Shown: positions 9,664 to 20,299, counted from the first letter of the stretch. The stretch is DNA of 64,000 nucleotides from Longimicrobiales bacterium (GCA_028823235.1 JAPKBW010000001.1:142405-206404); one strand, 5' to 3'. Program-made: numbers and translations. Notes: a model not told the origin generated them from the letters alone.

Positions 9664-9772
9664 GCCGTACAACATGATCCCGACCCTGCGCCTGCTCACA
9701 TGGCGTACAGCAAGACAGCTGCAAGACCGCTACGTCAGTACGTTTCGCAGCCGCGGCCCATCTGATTCGCGG

Positions 9773-11716
9773 CTACTCGAGGTAGGAGTATCCCTCGACA
9801 GCCTGATCAAAGAATCGTCGAAGCACAGTTCCTTCGGCGCCGCTCAGGGTTCCCTGCTCTACGGCACCTTCGACATCCCGCAACAACGTTTTGCGAAGTG
9901 CAGGGGTGTCGTACTGCACGTACTCGAGGACCTCGCCCACCGTGTCTCCGTCGACGACGGCATCGACTTGCCATCGGCCCTCCGACCCGAGTCCGACGTG
10001 CACCACGTGGGGGTCGCCGAGCAGGTTGTGAAGATCCCCCAGTGCTTCCTGGTACGCACCGGTCAGGAAGACCCCGAGATAGTAGGGCTCGTGCGTGCCG
10101 TCCGGAGCGCTCAAGGGATGGAGCGGAAGGAGGCCCACCGGCCCATCGGCGCCAGCGAATCGATCAATGCGGCCGTCCGAGTCACACGTGATATCTGCTA
10201 GCGTAGCCCTCCGTGTCGGCTCCTCATCGAGGTGGTGAATCGGCATGATCGGGAACAGCTGTTCGATGCCCCACGAATCGAGCAGTGACTGAAAGACGCT
10301 CACGTTCGCGAAGTAGACATCGCCCAGCAGGGCCGAGAGCCCCGCCAGATCTTCAGGCAGGTCGTCACCGAGTCTGCGCACGACTGCGTGACCGGTGGCC
10401 CAGTAGAGTCCCTCCGCAGCCGCGCGCGCGAGGATGTCCATGTGGCCAAGCGAGAACAGGCTCTTCGATTCCTCGAACGCGTGTTCGGCGTCCGCAAAGA
10501 TCTCCGCGAGATCGTGCACCTCGAGCGCTTCGTCCTCAAGGCGCTTGTACGCGGCGAGGAGGTCGAGCAGCGGTTGGGGCGGGCTCTCCTCGGCGAGCGC
10601 CCGGGCGAGTCGATCATGATCGGGTTTGTCCGGATACCTTCGCGCGCCCAGCACATCGAAAACCAAAAGGCTCGAGTGCGCGACCAGGGCCCGCCCCGAC
10701 TCGGTGACGATGTCCGGATGCGCGATGCCAGCCTCGTCACAGATCGTCTGAATTCGGTGCACTACATCGGCAGCATACTGTTCGACGGTGTAGTTCACGG
10801 ACGACGCAGTGGCCGTTTGAGAACCGTCGTAGTCGACGCCCATCCCTCCGCCGAGGTTGAGCGCCTTGATGGGCGCACCGAGGCCGACGAGTTGCACGTA
10901 GAGATGGGCGATCTCCCGGACCGCATCCTTCACCGTGTGGATGTCGAAGATCTGGGACCCGATATGGCAATGGAGCATGTACAGGCCATCGAGCATCTCG
11001 ACGCGTCGCAAATGGTCGACCGCATCGAGCATCTCGGAGATCGTGAGTCCGAACTTCCCACGAATGCCTGCTGAGGAAGCCCAGCGACCGATCCCGCTCG
11101 TCGTGAGCCGCGCCCGCATCGCAATCTTCGGTCGCACTCCGTGAGCAGCGGCAAGCTCCGTGATCATCCTGAGTTCCTTCGCCTGCTCAACGACCGGAAT
11201 CACGTTTCGACCCATCTTCGACGCGAGAACCACCGTCTCGATAAACTCAGCGTCCTTGAAGCCGTTGCAGACGAGGGGCATATCGCTCAGGCCCGCGGTC
11301 AGGCCCAAGCCTGCGATCAGCTCTGGCTTCGACCCTACTTCGATCCCGAAATCGAACTCCGACGCGAGGGTGCGAACGTCTTCGCAGAGATGGCGCTGCT
11401 GGTTGACCTTGATCGGATAGACCCCCTGATAGCGTCCCGAGTAACCATTCTCACTGATCGCTTCATCGAAGGCCGAACGGATCATCTGCATGCGGTGCTT
11501 CAGAATATCCGGGAAACGGATGACGACGGGCGGGTGCAGGTCCCGAGCCAGGAGTCCCTCGACTACATCGTGAAGGTCGATGGCAACGGCGGGATCGCCC
11601 GTCGGATACACCTCCACGGTGCCGTGAGACGAGACTCCAAAATACGGCTGCCCCCAATGTTCTACGCGGTAGAGCTCGGCGGAGTCAGCAGGCGACCAGT
11701 CGTCCATCGAGCTCAT
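9773..11716 (-). CDS. speA: Biosynthetic arginine decarboxylase
   Basis: N-terminus WSPADSAELYRVEHWGQPYFGV, PLP-lysine context GVYPIKVNQQRHL, and full-length SpeA-like architecture. Start set at ATG 11716; the longest ORF reaches 11758. Confidence 0.9.
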   Translation of the reverse strand: MSSMDDWSPADSAELYRVEHWGQPYFGVSSHGTVEVYPTGDPAVAIDLHDVVEGLLARDLHPPVVIRFPDILKHRMQMIRSAFDEAISENGYSGRYQGVYPIKVNQQRHLCEDVRTLASEFDFGIEVGSKPELIAGLGLTAGLSDMPLVCNGFKDAEFIETVVLASKMGRNVIPVVEQAKELRMITELAAAHGVRPKIAMRARLTTSGIGRWASSAGIRGKFGLTISEMLDAVDHLRRVEMLDGLYMLHCHIGSQIFDIHTVKDAVREIAHLYVQLVGLGAPIKALNLGGGMGVDYDGSQTATASSVNYTVEQYAADVVHRIQTICDEAGIAHPDIVTESGRALVAHSSLLVFDVLGARRYPDKPDHDRLARALAEESPPQPLLDLLAAYKRLEDEALEVHDLAEIFADAEHAFEESKSLFSLGHMDILARAAAEGLYWATGHAVVRRLGDDLPEDLAGLSALLGDVYFANVSVFQSLLDSWGIEQLFPIMPIHHLDEEPTRRATLADITCDSDGRIDRFAGADGPVGLLPLHPLSAPDGTHEPYYLGVFLTGAYQEALGDLHNLLGDPHVVHVGLGSEGRWQVDAVVDGDTVGEVLEYVQYDTPALRKTLLRDVEGAVEQGTLSGAEGTVLRRFFDQAVEGYSYLE

Positions 11717-11732
11717 GGCGAGGAGGGGACCG

Positions 11733-12131
11733 TCAGTTGTCCCCACCTGCGGGTACACTCACCGGCTCCCCCACCGTCTTGATGATATGCACCAGGAACT
11801 TTGCCGTCTCCGTGTGGCTGGCGTTCTGAGACACCATGTGTACACTGGCCGGGTCTTCATAGAACATCTCGCCGGGGCCCAGGTTGACGACTTCTCCCCC
11901 CGCCACCTGCATGTTGATGCGGCCCTTGAGCACGTAGACGAAGACATGCGCGTTGTGCCGGTGCGGTGGCGACTCCTGACTCGGAGCCAAGTTCACCTCT
12001 ACAACCAGCATCTCCTGGTTATCTGGAAGCGGCGGTAACGGCATGTTCAGCACCTGAGCTTCGGCCCGTCCGACCAGTAGGCCGAAACCGAGGCCGAGCA
12101 GAAGAGCGGTAAGCTGGACGGCTCGTTTCAT
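11733..12131 (-). CDS. Secreted cupin-domain protein
   Basis: Signal peptide MKRAVQLTALLLGLGFGLLVGRAEA. Cupin motifs PPHRHNAHVFVYVLKG and GPGEMFYEDPASVH. Lies 16 nt upstream of speA on the same strand. Confidence 0.7.
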   Translation of the reverse strand: MKRAVQLTALLLGLGFGLLVGRAEAQVLNMPLPPLPDNQEMLVVEVNLAPSQESPPHRHNAHVFVYVLKGRINMQVAGGEVVNLGPGEMFYEDPASVHMVSQNASHTETAKFLVHIIKTVGEPVSVPAGGDN

Positions 12132-12458
12132 GGGAACAGCTACCTGAGATGCGGGATCAGTTCGTGGGTGCCTCAAGACATTCACGGGTCATCTACTGAT
12201 ACGCGAGCCCCGCATAGAACTGATTCCATCGGTGTCGGAAGCCGTGGCCTTCGTTCGTGCCCTCCAGACTGACTTACCTGGTGGCCGTTCGCTCCGACTG
12301 GCTCGACCATCTGTCGGGGCTCGACCACGGGCGCCCTGGGGTCGTTCGCTTCATCTCAACCCCTTCGCGGTGATCAGCCGACTCGACCCCTGCGGGTAGC
12401 GCACACGGAGGGTTTCGCCACATCCTGGTGACCGCACATCCCATCACCGAGCCTACAC

Positions 12459-13451
12459 GTGACCACCCTACTCGCACTCGAAGACATCAAGCCACTCATC
12501 CATGCTCCCGAGTTAATCACGGAGATGGAGGCCGGGTTCGTACTCTACTCCGAGGGTCGTGTCACCGTCCCTCCGGTCGGGTTCCTTCACTTCGACGACC
12601 CGCCGGGAGACGTGCACATCAAGTACGGTTTCGTAGCCGAAGACGAGTACTACGTCCTGAAGATGGCCTCGGGCTTCTACGAGAACGGAAAATTGGGGCT
12701 CCCTGATAGCAACGGGCTTCTCCTCGTATTCAACCAGAAGACCGGCGCCCCTGAGCTCATTCTCATCGACGAGTGCTGGCTCACGGACATGCGAACCGCC
12801 GCAGCCGGAGCGGTCGCGGCGAAGCACCTCGGCCCAAGTGCAGCGCAGCAAATCGGGATCGTCGGAACCGGTGTACAGGCCCGGATGCAACTCGAAATGC
12901 TGTCGGAAGTGACCGACTGCCGGAAGTGCGTCGTGTGGGGGCGCGATGCAGAGAAGGTGGAGGCGATGATCGATGAACTCCGGAGTAAGGAGAGCATTCG
13001 GGACTGGGGCCTGGAGATCGAGGCTGCTCTGACGCTCGACGACCTCGTGACTTCGAGCGACCTCATTGTGACGACCACGTCCGCTCGTGATCCCCTGATC
13101 CGAGCAGACCTCGTTCAGCCGGGCACACATATAACAGCGATGGGATCCGATGACCACGGGAAACAGGAACTGGAGGCCGAGGTGCTCGCCCGGGCTGACG
13201 TGGTGGTGGCGGACAGCGTGGCGCAGTGCGTCGACCACGGCGAGTGCCACTTTGCAGTTCGCGAGGGCATCCTCGGCGAGGATGCCATTCGTGAACTCGG
13301 CCAAGTCCTCCTCGACCCGGCGCTCGGACGCACGAGAGAGGATCAGATCACGGTCGCGGATCTGACCGGGGTCGCGATACAGGACATCCAGGCCGCCAAG
13401 ATGGTCGCCCGAGCCCTGAAGAATCAGACCGCAGAGAGGACCTCCACGTAA
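12459..13451 (+). CDS. Ornithine cyclodeaminase / mu-crystallin family protein
   Basis: 330 aa. Rossmann motif IGIVGTGVQARMQLE and family-typical TDMRTAAAGAVAAKHL and ITAMGSD segments. Confidence 0.85.
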   Translation: MTTLLALEDIKPLIHAPELITEMEAGFVLYSEGRVTVPPVGFLHFDDPPGDVHIKYGFVAEDEYYVLKMASGFYENGKLGLPDSNGLLLVFNQKTGAPELILIDECWLTDMRTAAAGAVAAKHLGPSAAQQIGIVGTGVQARMQLEMLSEVTDCRKCVVWGRDAEKVEAMIDELRSKESIRDWGLEIEAALTLDDLVTSSDLIVTTTSARDPLIRADLVQPGTHITAMGSDDHGKQELEAEVLARADVVVADSVAQCVDHGECHFAVREGILGEDAIRELGQVLLDPALGRTREDQITVADLTGVAIQDIQAAKMVARALKNQTAERTST

Positions 13452-13485
13452 CTACGGAGACAGGCCGGGACCAGATCATTACGTC

Positions 13486-14244
13486 CTAGTGCACGTAGCT
13501 GCCCGCATTCACATCAAACGTCCCACCCGTGGCGTGGTCGGCGAGTCCGCTCGCGAGCAGCACGATCAGGGGAGCCAGGTCGGCTGGCTCCGTAAGCCGG
13601 TCCAGCGCCAGGTCATTCACGACGCCCTCTTCACCGTGCGCCTCCAGATGACCCTCCGCCATATCAGTCCGCACCCAGCCAGGGGCGATCACGAAGGCGC
13701 TCACACCTGATTTTCCAAATGCGCGTGCGATGCTCCGCGTCAGGGCCACGACACCGCCCTTCGATGCAGCGTAGGCGAGTGAGTCCGCATTGTCGCCCCG
13801 GAACGCCGCACGAGATGCAACGTTGATAAGGCGACCTCCGCCATGCTCTTCGAAGTGCCCGACAGCGAGACGGCTCAAGATGTCGACCGCTCTCAGGTTC
13901 ACCGCCATCGTCCGGTTCCACGCGTCCAGCCATTCCTCGCCAACGCCATCGAACGGAATGCTCAGCGCGATACCTGCGTTGTTGACCACCGCGTCGACTC
14001 GCCCATAGGCCTCGACGATGTCCGCGAACAGGCGCTGACAAGCTTGTGGATCCGCGAGGTCCGCCTGGAAGGCTCTCGATCCATTCCCAAGTGAAGCCAC
14101 GAGTTCGTCGGCTGTCGCCTGGCTTTGCCCGTAGTGAACGGCGACACTGGCCCCCGCGCCCGCGAGGCCCTCAGCCAAGCCCCTGCCAATGCCCCGGCTG
14201 GCTCCTGTAACGAGTACGGTCTTCCCTGTCAGATCGATGTGCAT
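13486..14244 (-). CDS. SDR family oxidoreductase
   Basis: TGASRGIGRGLA cofactor motif, NNAG, and catalytic YAASKGG (YxxxK). Confidence 0.85.
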   Translation of the reverse strand: MHIDLTGKTVLVTGASRGIGRGLAEGLAGAGASVAVHYGQSQATADELVASLGNGSRAFQADLADPQACQRLFADIVEAYGRVDAVVNNAGIALSIPFDGVGEEWLDAWNRTMAVNLRAVDILSRLAVGHFEEHGGGRLINVASRAAFRGDNADSLAYAASKGGVVALTRSIARAFGKSGVSAFVIAPGWVRTDMAEGHLEAHGEEGVVNDLALDRLTEPADLAPLIVLLASGLADHATGGTFDVNAGSYVH

Positions 14245-14523
14245 GCGGCCGTCCAGTTGAGGATGAGCGCGGATTCTGGCGAGTCCGATACACGTCCGTC
14301 AAACTTGACTTGCCTCAGAACCCCGGATTCATCGCCGACATCGCCTGTCGAGCAATCGCGCTGGCTCTGAGACCAACGAGTTTCGGAAACCTCAGGCCCG
14401 CCCGTACACCCGCACCGATACCGTCCACCTCGCGTCCTGCCCCGTCGTTTTTTCCTGCGACCGACGACTCTGATTCGTGTCGGTTGGATGTCAGCCAGAG
14501 TCACTCCGTTGCCCGGGGACCAC

Positions 14524-17500
14524 CTAAGAGGAGGGTCTCAACAAGACGAACAGCCCCCGATTCGCTGGCACCAGCACCCTCTGAGTATCAAGGTTCTGAG
14601 CAGTCTGCAGCCCGTCCACTGCGGGAGAAAAAGCGTCCAAGGCGCCGCCAGCACCGGGCAAGATCTCGCCATCGATCTCCAGCGTCACGATCTCATCCTG
14701 ATCAGACCACGACGCCAGCGCGACCAAGATTCCGTCCGAGCGCACATACGTCGTGGCTAGGACGCGAGGATGGTCGGTTCGGACCGGTGCATCGTCGATC
14801 CAGTAGCCCTTCATCTGACTCTCATCGATTCCGAAGTCGTCCATAAGACCCCACACGGGCCGCGGATCGACGTCGCCGTATTTCCTCGCGGTCATGCCGT
14901 ATAGCATGCCGCGGTAGGGGTGCCCTCCGTCCTGGAGCATCTCTCCCATGAGGCCGAACGGGAGCCCCGACACCTCGGTCATCCAGTAGTCCTCATCGAG
15001 GTCGTATTCGAAGTACTCCCCGAACCAGAGTCTTGAGATGAACGGGAAGTGCTCCATATAGAGCATCGCGCTATTCGTATACCCGTCCCGCGGATTGAAC
15101 TGATTCGCCGAATGAAGGTCGATCACGACTTCGTCGCGATGCTCCTGTAGCACCGAGATCATTCGCTTCACAGTCTCGCGGCTGAAGGCGATGTCATCCA
15201 GATACAGGCCATCGATTTCCTGGTTCTGGGCCAACCAGTTCAAGCCTTCGACATAGTAGTTCGTCCAGCGGGAAGTCCCCTTGTTGAGCATCGCCGCGTC
15301 ATCGACCCGCCAAGCGTGCCAGGCCGAGTGGTACCCATCTTCGAGATGCTCCTGCATCCACGAATGGCCGCCTCCCTCTCCGTCGTTCAGGATCTCCTCA
15401 CCGAGGCTGCGTAGTGCATACAACTCATGCGCTCGGTATGTGAGTTCTCTGATCGTGTCGTACAACTTCACCTTGATGCCTTTCGCGTGGGCCTCTGCGA
15501 TGTAGTCGGTCTGAGCATCGAGATTGAAGAAGGGATAGTTGATGAACGGATTGATTTCGTTCGCGTGATGGATATTCACGACAGTCCCGCCCCACGCCTG
15601 GACCGAGTCAACCGGGACGTACTGATGCACGAATCGGGTGCGGAAGTGCGCCCCGGTGTCGATCGGCTTGAACGGCGTGATCAGGAAGCGGACGTTGTAG
15701 TGCAACTCCTCTCCCGCGGACATGCTGCGAGGGCCTGAGTAGTTCGTCGCGGTCACCGCGCCTGGCGTGGTTTCAATCCGGATCCCGCCCTGTCCGTCGT
15801 TCGACCACGACGCTGGCATCCGGAGGGGCTGGTTCTGATAGAAATTCGTGTTCAGCGGGCGCTGGTAATCGTCGTCACGCAGGACGTACTGCAGCCCCTT
15901 TTCGATGCCGCCGAGCCAGACCCCTTCCTGATGGTTCTCGATCCCCCACTTCCAGTCCACGGAGTCGGGTCTTCTCCCACCCTTGTGACCGAGGCCCAGC
16001 ATGTAGTCAGCGGCCTCGGGCTGAATCGCGACGGGCAACGCGAGTTCGTCGAGATTCACGTCCTCCAAGGCCCGCCAAGTGACCCGGTAGTCGAGCATCC
16101 CGTCATACTCGAGGGCTCCCTCCACTCGCATCTCGAGCTGTGTCGATCGGTTGGTGGTCTCCCACTCCACGCGACCTCGAGCGACCTGGGTAACCGTATA
16201 CGCACTCGACTGCATATCGACTCGTTCTCCGCCTGAACGCACGTCGAATGACAGGGGCTGGGCCAGGATTGGCTGAGATGTGTCGAGAAAGTGCGTCAGT
16301 TCAGGAGCGAACGCGCTGTAGATGCCATCCGGTAGTCCGGAAGCACCCAGCTCAACCATGCGGCCCAGCACTTCCAGCGCCTTCCCATTTACCCGGACGG
16401 GATGGAAGGGCGCGATTACGAAATCAGGATCCGTCCCGACCGTGGAGTTCAGCCACGACAGACGCGTCATGAATTCAGGATCGTCGAACCCGTGGTTGCC
16501 TGCGACCTCGGACTGAACATCGATGGTTACCGTGACCTCCTTCGTGCCGGCAGCAGCTGTCGTCACGGTCACGGTCCCAGTATGGAGCCCAGCCGACTCA
16601 TCGGCCGGGACCTGCACACCGAGCCAGAGTGGCTGCACGCTCCCTGCCTCAACATCGACCCTCTTGTCAAAGTGCTCGCCCTTCTCGTTCACACCACCAC
16701 AGTTCAAGCACGTGAGCGTCTCCGCCCACGACGCCGGGAATCCGTCGAAGGAAACGTCCACGTCACTCAGGTCCTGGGCACCGGCGACGACTGCAAGCTG
16801 GAAGGTGAACGCTTCATCACGCAGCACCTCGCTTTGAAACGCATCCGTGTGTCCCCGCCCGGGCCAATGCTGCGGGAGGAATCGCTTCATCCGAACCGGA
16901 TAGTCACGGTGTTCGGGAACGAGCGCCCAGCCATCCGGAGCCGCCGCTACGAATGCGCTCGCGGCATCCGCCCCTGCGACGACTTCCATGGGGAAGAAGC
17001 TGTGGAAATCGTCGACAGACTGGATATGGGTTACGCGAGCCTTGGGTAGCGTAGCGGCGTTACCATCGCTGACAGTCGCGGACCAGGTGACATCGGGCTG
17101 GGAGAGAGATGCTGGATATGTGACCGTCGGGTAATAGCCGCCCGTGGACTCCCACGGCATGTAGTAGATGTGGTAAGTACTCGATCCCGCGTTCGGCTGA
17201 AACGCGACATCCCCGGACCCATGTTCGAGGCGAAGCGGAAGAACGTTCTCCAGCGCCTGTCCGGAGCCGGCGTCGACCACGACGATCGCCTTAGACTCCG
17301 GAGCTCCATCATGGCGACGCCACGGAATGGTCGCGACGACCACATCTGCCTTCGATGCGTCGACTGTAACTACCGCGCGGTGGTTTCCCCACGACGTCCC
17401 GGCATCCCCGGCCGGAAGGTGTGGCTCCCAGTTGCCCGCCTCAAACACTACTCCGTCGATCACGTTCGAAATCGGTGCGGCGGCGAAGGGAGTACCGACC

Positions 17501-17586
17501 ACAGGAATGGGTTCGGCACAGGCAGTAAGGCTGATCAGGAGTACGCCAAGAAGGCGAGGTTGCGGGAGGCTTCGTGCGGTCGTCAT
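14524..17586 (-). CDS. Large exported glycoside-hydrolase-like protein (GH123/DUF4091-like TIM-barrel C-terminal region)
   Basis: About 1020 aa with signal/lipobox LLISLTACA. The C-terminal third (NIHHANEINPF...KVKLYDTIREL...GLYLDDIAFSRET...LHSANQFNP...RLWFGEYFEY) resembles DUF4091/GH123-type glycosidase domains from memory. Not verified. Confidence 0.45.
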   Translation of the reverse strand: MTTARSLPQPRLLGVLLISLTACAEPIPVVGTPFAAAPISNVIDGVVFEAGNWEPHLPAGDAGTSWGNHRAVVTVDASKADVVVATIPWRRHDGAPESKAIVVVDAGSGQALENVLPLRLEHGSGDVAFQPNAGSSTYHIYYMPWESTGGYYPTVTYPASLSQPDVTWSATVSDGNAATLPKARVTHIQSVDDFHSFFPMEVVAGADAASAFVAAAPDGWALVPEHRDYPVRMKRFLPQHWPGRGHTDAFQSEVLRDEAFTFQLAVVAGAQDLSDVDVSFDGFPASWAETLTCLNCGGVNEKGEHFDKRVDVEAGSVQPLWLGVQVPADESAGLHTGTVTVTTAAAGTKEVTVTIDVQSEVAGNHGFDDPEFMTRLSWLNSTVGTDPDFVIAPFHPVRVNGKALEVLGRMVELGASGLPDGIYSAFAPELTHFLDTSQPILAQPLSFDVRSGGERVDMQSSAYTVTQVARGRVEWETTNRSTQLEMRVEGALEYDGMLDYRVTWRALEDVNLDELALPVAIQPEAADYMLGLGHKGGRRPDSVDWKWGIENHQEGVWLGGIEKGLQYVLRDDDYQRPLNTNFYQNQPLRMPASWSNDGQGGIRIETTPGAVTATNYSGPRSMSAGEELHYNVRFLITPFKPIDTGAHFRTRFVHQYVPVDSVQAWGGTVVNIHHANEINPFINYPFFNLDAQTDYIAEAHAKGIKVKLYDTIRELTYRAHELYALRSLGEEILNDGEGGGHSWMQEHLEDGYHSAWHAWRVDDAAMLNKGTSRWTNYYVEGLNWLAQNQEIDGLYLDDIAFSRETVKRMISVLQEHRDEVVIDLHSANQFNPRDGYTNSAMLYMEHFPFISRLWFGEYFEYDLDEDYWMTEVSGLPFGLMGEMLQDGGHPYRGMLYGMTARKYGDVDPRPVWGLMDDFGIDESQMKGYWIDDAPVRTDHPRVLATTYVRSDGILVALASWSDQDEIVTLEIDGEILPGAGGALDAFSPAVDGLQTAQNLDTQRVLVPANRGLFVLLRPSS

Positions 17587-17660
17587 GGCACCGTCTGTCG
17601 CGAGTCGATCGGGTCGCACATGGTATGGCCAGCCCCTTGAGGGGCCAACCTCGTACGTGT

Positions 17661-18314
17661 TCAGCCAGTCGCTTGTCGGGTGCACCCGTAGACGAAAGCG
17701 GGCGGCATGTTAAAGAGCGTGAAGCCCACTTCAACGTCGTCGAAGCGCCGCGAGAGACGCCTCCTCTGGCTCAGTCCGTACTGGTACTGGAGAAACCGCC
17801 CCTCGGGCACCAGCGACTGGTGGACGGCCTCCAGGAGGCGGTCCACCACGTCGTCGTTCATGATCGCAAGGGGAAGGCTCGACACCACCGCATCGACAGA
17901 TTCGACGCCCTCTTCTTCGAGGACTGTGGGAAGCGTCGTCGCGCATGCCTGCCGGACAGTCAAACGGGAGTCCCGGATTTTCCTCCCATCCTCAACGAAG
18001 GCCGGATTGATCTCCAGCGAGATGAGGCGAGCGTCAGGGCGCATCCGCCGGAGCAGCTCCCTCGTCACGCATCCGTTACCAATGCCAAATTCAGCAATGG
18101 CGGTCGCGGTAGAGAAATCCACGCCCTTTACGAGGCGGTCAACGAGGTAGCTCGAGCTCGACATAACCGCACCGGACGTGCGGAGGTGCTGGATGTACTT
18201 GATGGAGGAGCCCTTCGTCGCACGCTCAGATTCGGAGGCCGAAAGGATGATGTTCGTTGCTGGGGACCCGCACCAGTCCCCGCCTGCATTGAAGCCCGAG
18301 ACACTGGTTCTCAC
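17661..18314 (-). CDS. Class I SAM-dependent methyltransferase (COG3963 phospholipid N-methyltransferase-like)
   Basis: SAM motif I AEFGIGNGCVT, then ISLEINP and LVPEGRFLQYQY. Start is uncertain: in-frame GTG at 18314 was chosen, while the longest ORF extends to 18395 and would overlap the permease remnant. Confidence 0.6.
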   Translation of the reverse strand: MRTSVSGFNAGGDWCGSPATNIILSASESERATKGSSIKYIQHLRTSGAVMSSSSYLVDRLVKGVDFSTATAIAEFGIGNGCVTRELLRRMRPDARLISLEINPAFVEDGRKIRDSRLTVRQACATTLPTVLEEEGVESVDAVVSSLPLAIMNDDVVDRLLEAVHQSLVPEGRFLQYQYGLSQRRRLSRRFDDVEVGFTLFNMPPAFVYGCTRQATG

Positions 18315-18319
18315 GCTGC

Positions 18320-18703
18320 ATGTTGACCCCACCGGACAACCTTTTCTACACCTGCTACATACTCGCTGGTGTCGGGGTCTACGGGGCCATTTCATATACG
18401 GTGGGGCAGCGCCGGCGCGAGTTGGGGATCCGACTCGCGCTTGGTGCTGAATCGGGACAGGTCACAGGGCAGGTCGCTCGCGAGGGGATGCGTACTGCCG
18501 TGATCGGGGTCACCGCCGGCCTCCTGGCCGCTGCGGCGGGAGCGCAGGTACTGGAGAGCTTCCTGTTCGGTGTCAGCGCCCGCGACCCGCTCACTTATAT
18601 GGCTGGGGCACTTTTTCTAGGCGTTGTCGCGATGCCAGCGTGCTGGATTCCTGCAGGGCGGGCGGGCCGTGCCGACCCGATGGATGCCCTCCGGATGGAG
18701 TGA
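18320..18703 (+). pseudogene. 5'-truncated C-terminal fragment of an FtsX-domain (ADOP/MacB-like) permease
   Basis: GVGVYGAISYTVGQRRRELGIRLALGA...LFGVSARDPLTY...AGRAGRADPMDALRME covers only the last ~110 aa of a family that is normally 400-800 aa. Nothing homologous lies upstream. Confidence 0.6.
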
Positions 18704-18985
18704 CGCCCCGGGCCAGCGCAGCCGGCCGCCCATCGTCGATCCGTCGGGACGTACGCGCAGGGCGTCAATGTTGCGGGATCCGTCGTGTTGATCTGCACGA
18801 GTCTCTCGTCGACTCGCCGATCCCGGTCATCCACCGGCGAGCCAAGCGCGAACGACCCGCCCGTGATCGCCCCGAGGCTGAGGCCGCCGACGTAGAGAAA
18901 CGTGAACTCGCCCGCCGGCGCATCGCCTCCTATCATCGCGCTTCGAGACGAAACCCGGTACGCATCTTCCCGAGGCCTGAACACC

Positions 18986-20299
18986 GTGACTAGACCCATA
19001 TCAACGATCGCGTCAGTGGGCATTTTTCTAGGCTGTTTGGCCGACCCCATCTCCGCTCAGCACGTCGCCCTCGTCGGCGGAATGCTCATCGACGGTTACG
19101 AGGCACCGCCAGTTCACAACGCGACGGTCCTGATTGAAGGAAACCGCATCGTCGCGGTCGGTCCCTCCAGCCAGATCGAGATTCCCGCTGGGGCCGAGGT
19201 CATCGACACCCGCGGCATGACCATGCTGCCCGGCCTGATCGACCTCCACGTCCACACCATGTTTCTCGGTCACGGTGAGTACGCGGAGTGGTTCCCCTTC
19301 TTCACGCGGGAGAAGGAAGAGATGATGGAGATCGCGGCCCGTCAGCTTCTCATGGCAGGGGTCACCACTGCGGTGGACCTCGGGGCACCGATCGAGATCA
19401 TTCGAGTACGCGACCGGATCGATCGAGGCGAAGTGCCGGGCCCGAGGATGCTCGTGAGCGGACCCTGGATCGCAGGCCGGCGGTGGGGCTCGTTCCCGGA
19501 CTATTTCCAACATGTGGTGAGCACCCCTGAAGAAGCTGCACGGCGGACCTACGAACTCGCAGATGCCGACGTGGACGTGATCAAGACGTGGGCAGGGATG
19601 TCCGAGGACATGTTGCGAGCAGTCGTCGAGGCGGCCCATGAGCGCGGGATCCAGGTCCACAGCCACCTCTATAGTCCCGACGAGCTCTGGAACGCGATTC
19701 GCGCGGGCACTGACGTGATCCAGCACGCGGGCTCGGCGGGCAACCCGCCATACTCCGATGAGCTGGTTCAGGAAATCGCGCATCGCGGCATTCCGGTGGT
19801 GCAGACCATCGCGCACCGACCGTGGGTCTACCAAGCCACCGTGGAATTCCCTGAACGGCTGCAAGACCGGCGACTGGTCGAGACGCTGCCGCCCGAGCTG
19901 TATGAAGAATTCCAGCGGTCCTTCCAGGACTTCCGTCGTCTGTCGTACTTCCGCACGACTCCACTGCAGATCCGGAAGAGTCAGCTGTCTGCCGGTCAGT
20001 TCATCGAGGCCAACGCGGTCATGGGGATGGGTACCGACTCGGGAAGTCCGCTGAACTTCCACACTGAGTCAGCGTGGCGAGAGATCTCTGCGCTCGTCGA
20101 TAGCGGGATGACGCCAATTCAAGCGATCTCGGCTGCGACCAAGACGGGTGCGGAGATCATTCGTCGCGGCAACGATCTCGGTACGATCGAGCCCGGCAAA
20201 CTGGCTGACATAATCGTCGTTCGAGGCAATCCGCTCTTCGATATCAATGTGCTCGGGTACGTGGAGCACGTCGTGAAGGACGGGCGGATCTACCGATGA
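18986..20299 (+). CDS. Exported amidohydrolase-family metallo-hydrolase
   Basis: HxH motif GLIDLHVHT and later His/Asp ligands (VHSHL, QHAG, GTDSG). Signal-like ISTIASVGIFLGCLADPISAQ. GTG 18986 was chosen as start; the longest ORF begins at GTG 18902. Confidence 0.8.
   Translation: MTRPISTIASVGIFLGCLADPISAQHVALVGGMLIDGYEAPPVHNATVLIEGNRIVAVGPSSQIEIPAGAEVIDTRGMTMLPGLIDLHVHTMFLGHGEYAEWFPFFTREKEEMMEIAARQLLMAGVTTAVDLGAPIEIIRVRDRIDRGEVPGPRMLVSGPWIAGRRWGSFPDYFQHVVSTPEEAARRTYELADADVDVIKTWAGMSEDMLRAVVEAAHERGIQVHSHLYSPDELWNAIRAGTDVIQHAGSAGNPPYSDELVQEIAHRGIPVVQTIAHRPWVYQATVEFPERLQDRRLVETLPPELYEEFQRSFQDFRRLSYFRTTPLQIRKSQLSAGQFIEANAVMGMGTDSGSPLNFHTESAWREISALVDSGMTPIQAISAATKTGAEIIRRGNDLGTIEPGKLADIIVVRGNPLFDINVLGYVEHVVKDGRIYR

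Noticed and set aside
12186-12458. Possible outer-membrane beta-barrel C-terminal remnant (minus-strand reading ...SLEGTNEGHGFRHRWNQFYAGLAYQ-stop) in the cupin/OCD divergent region
   Set aside because: Only ~25 codons remain before an upstream in-frame TAA. The terminal residue is Gln rather than the usual aromatic. This is too short to support.
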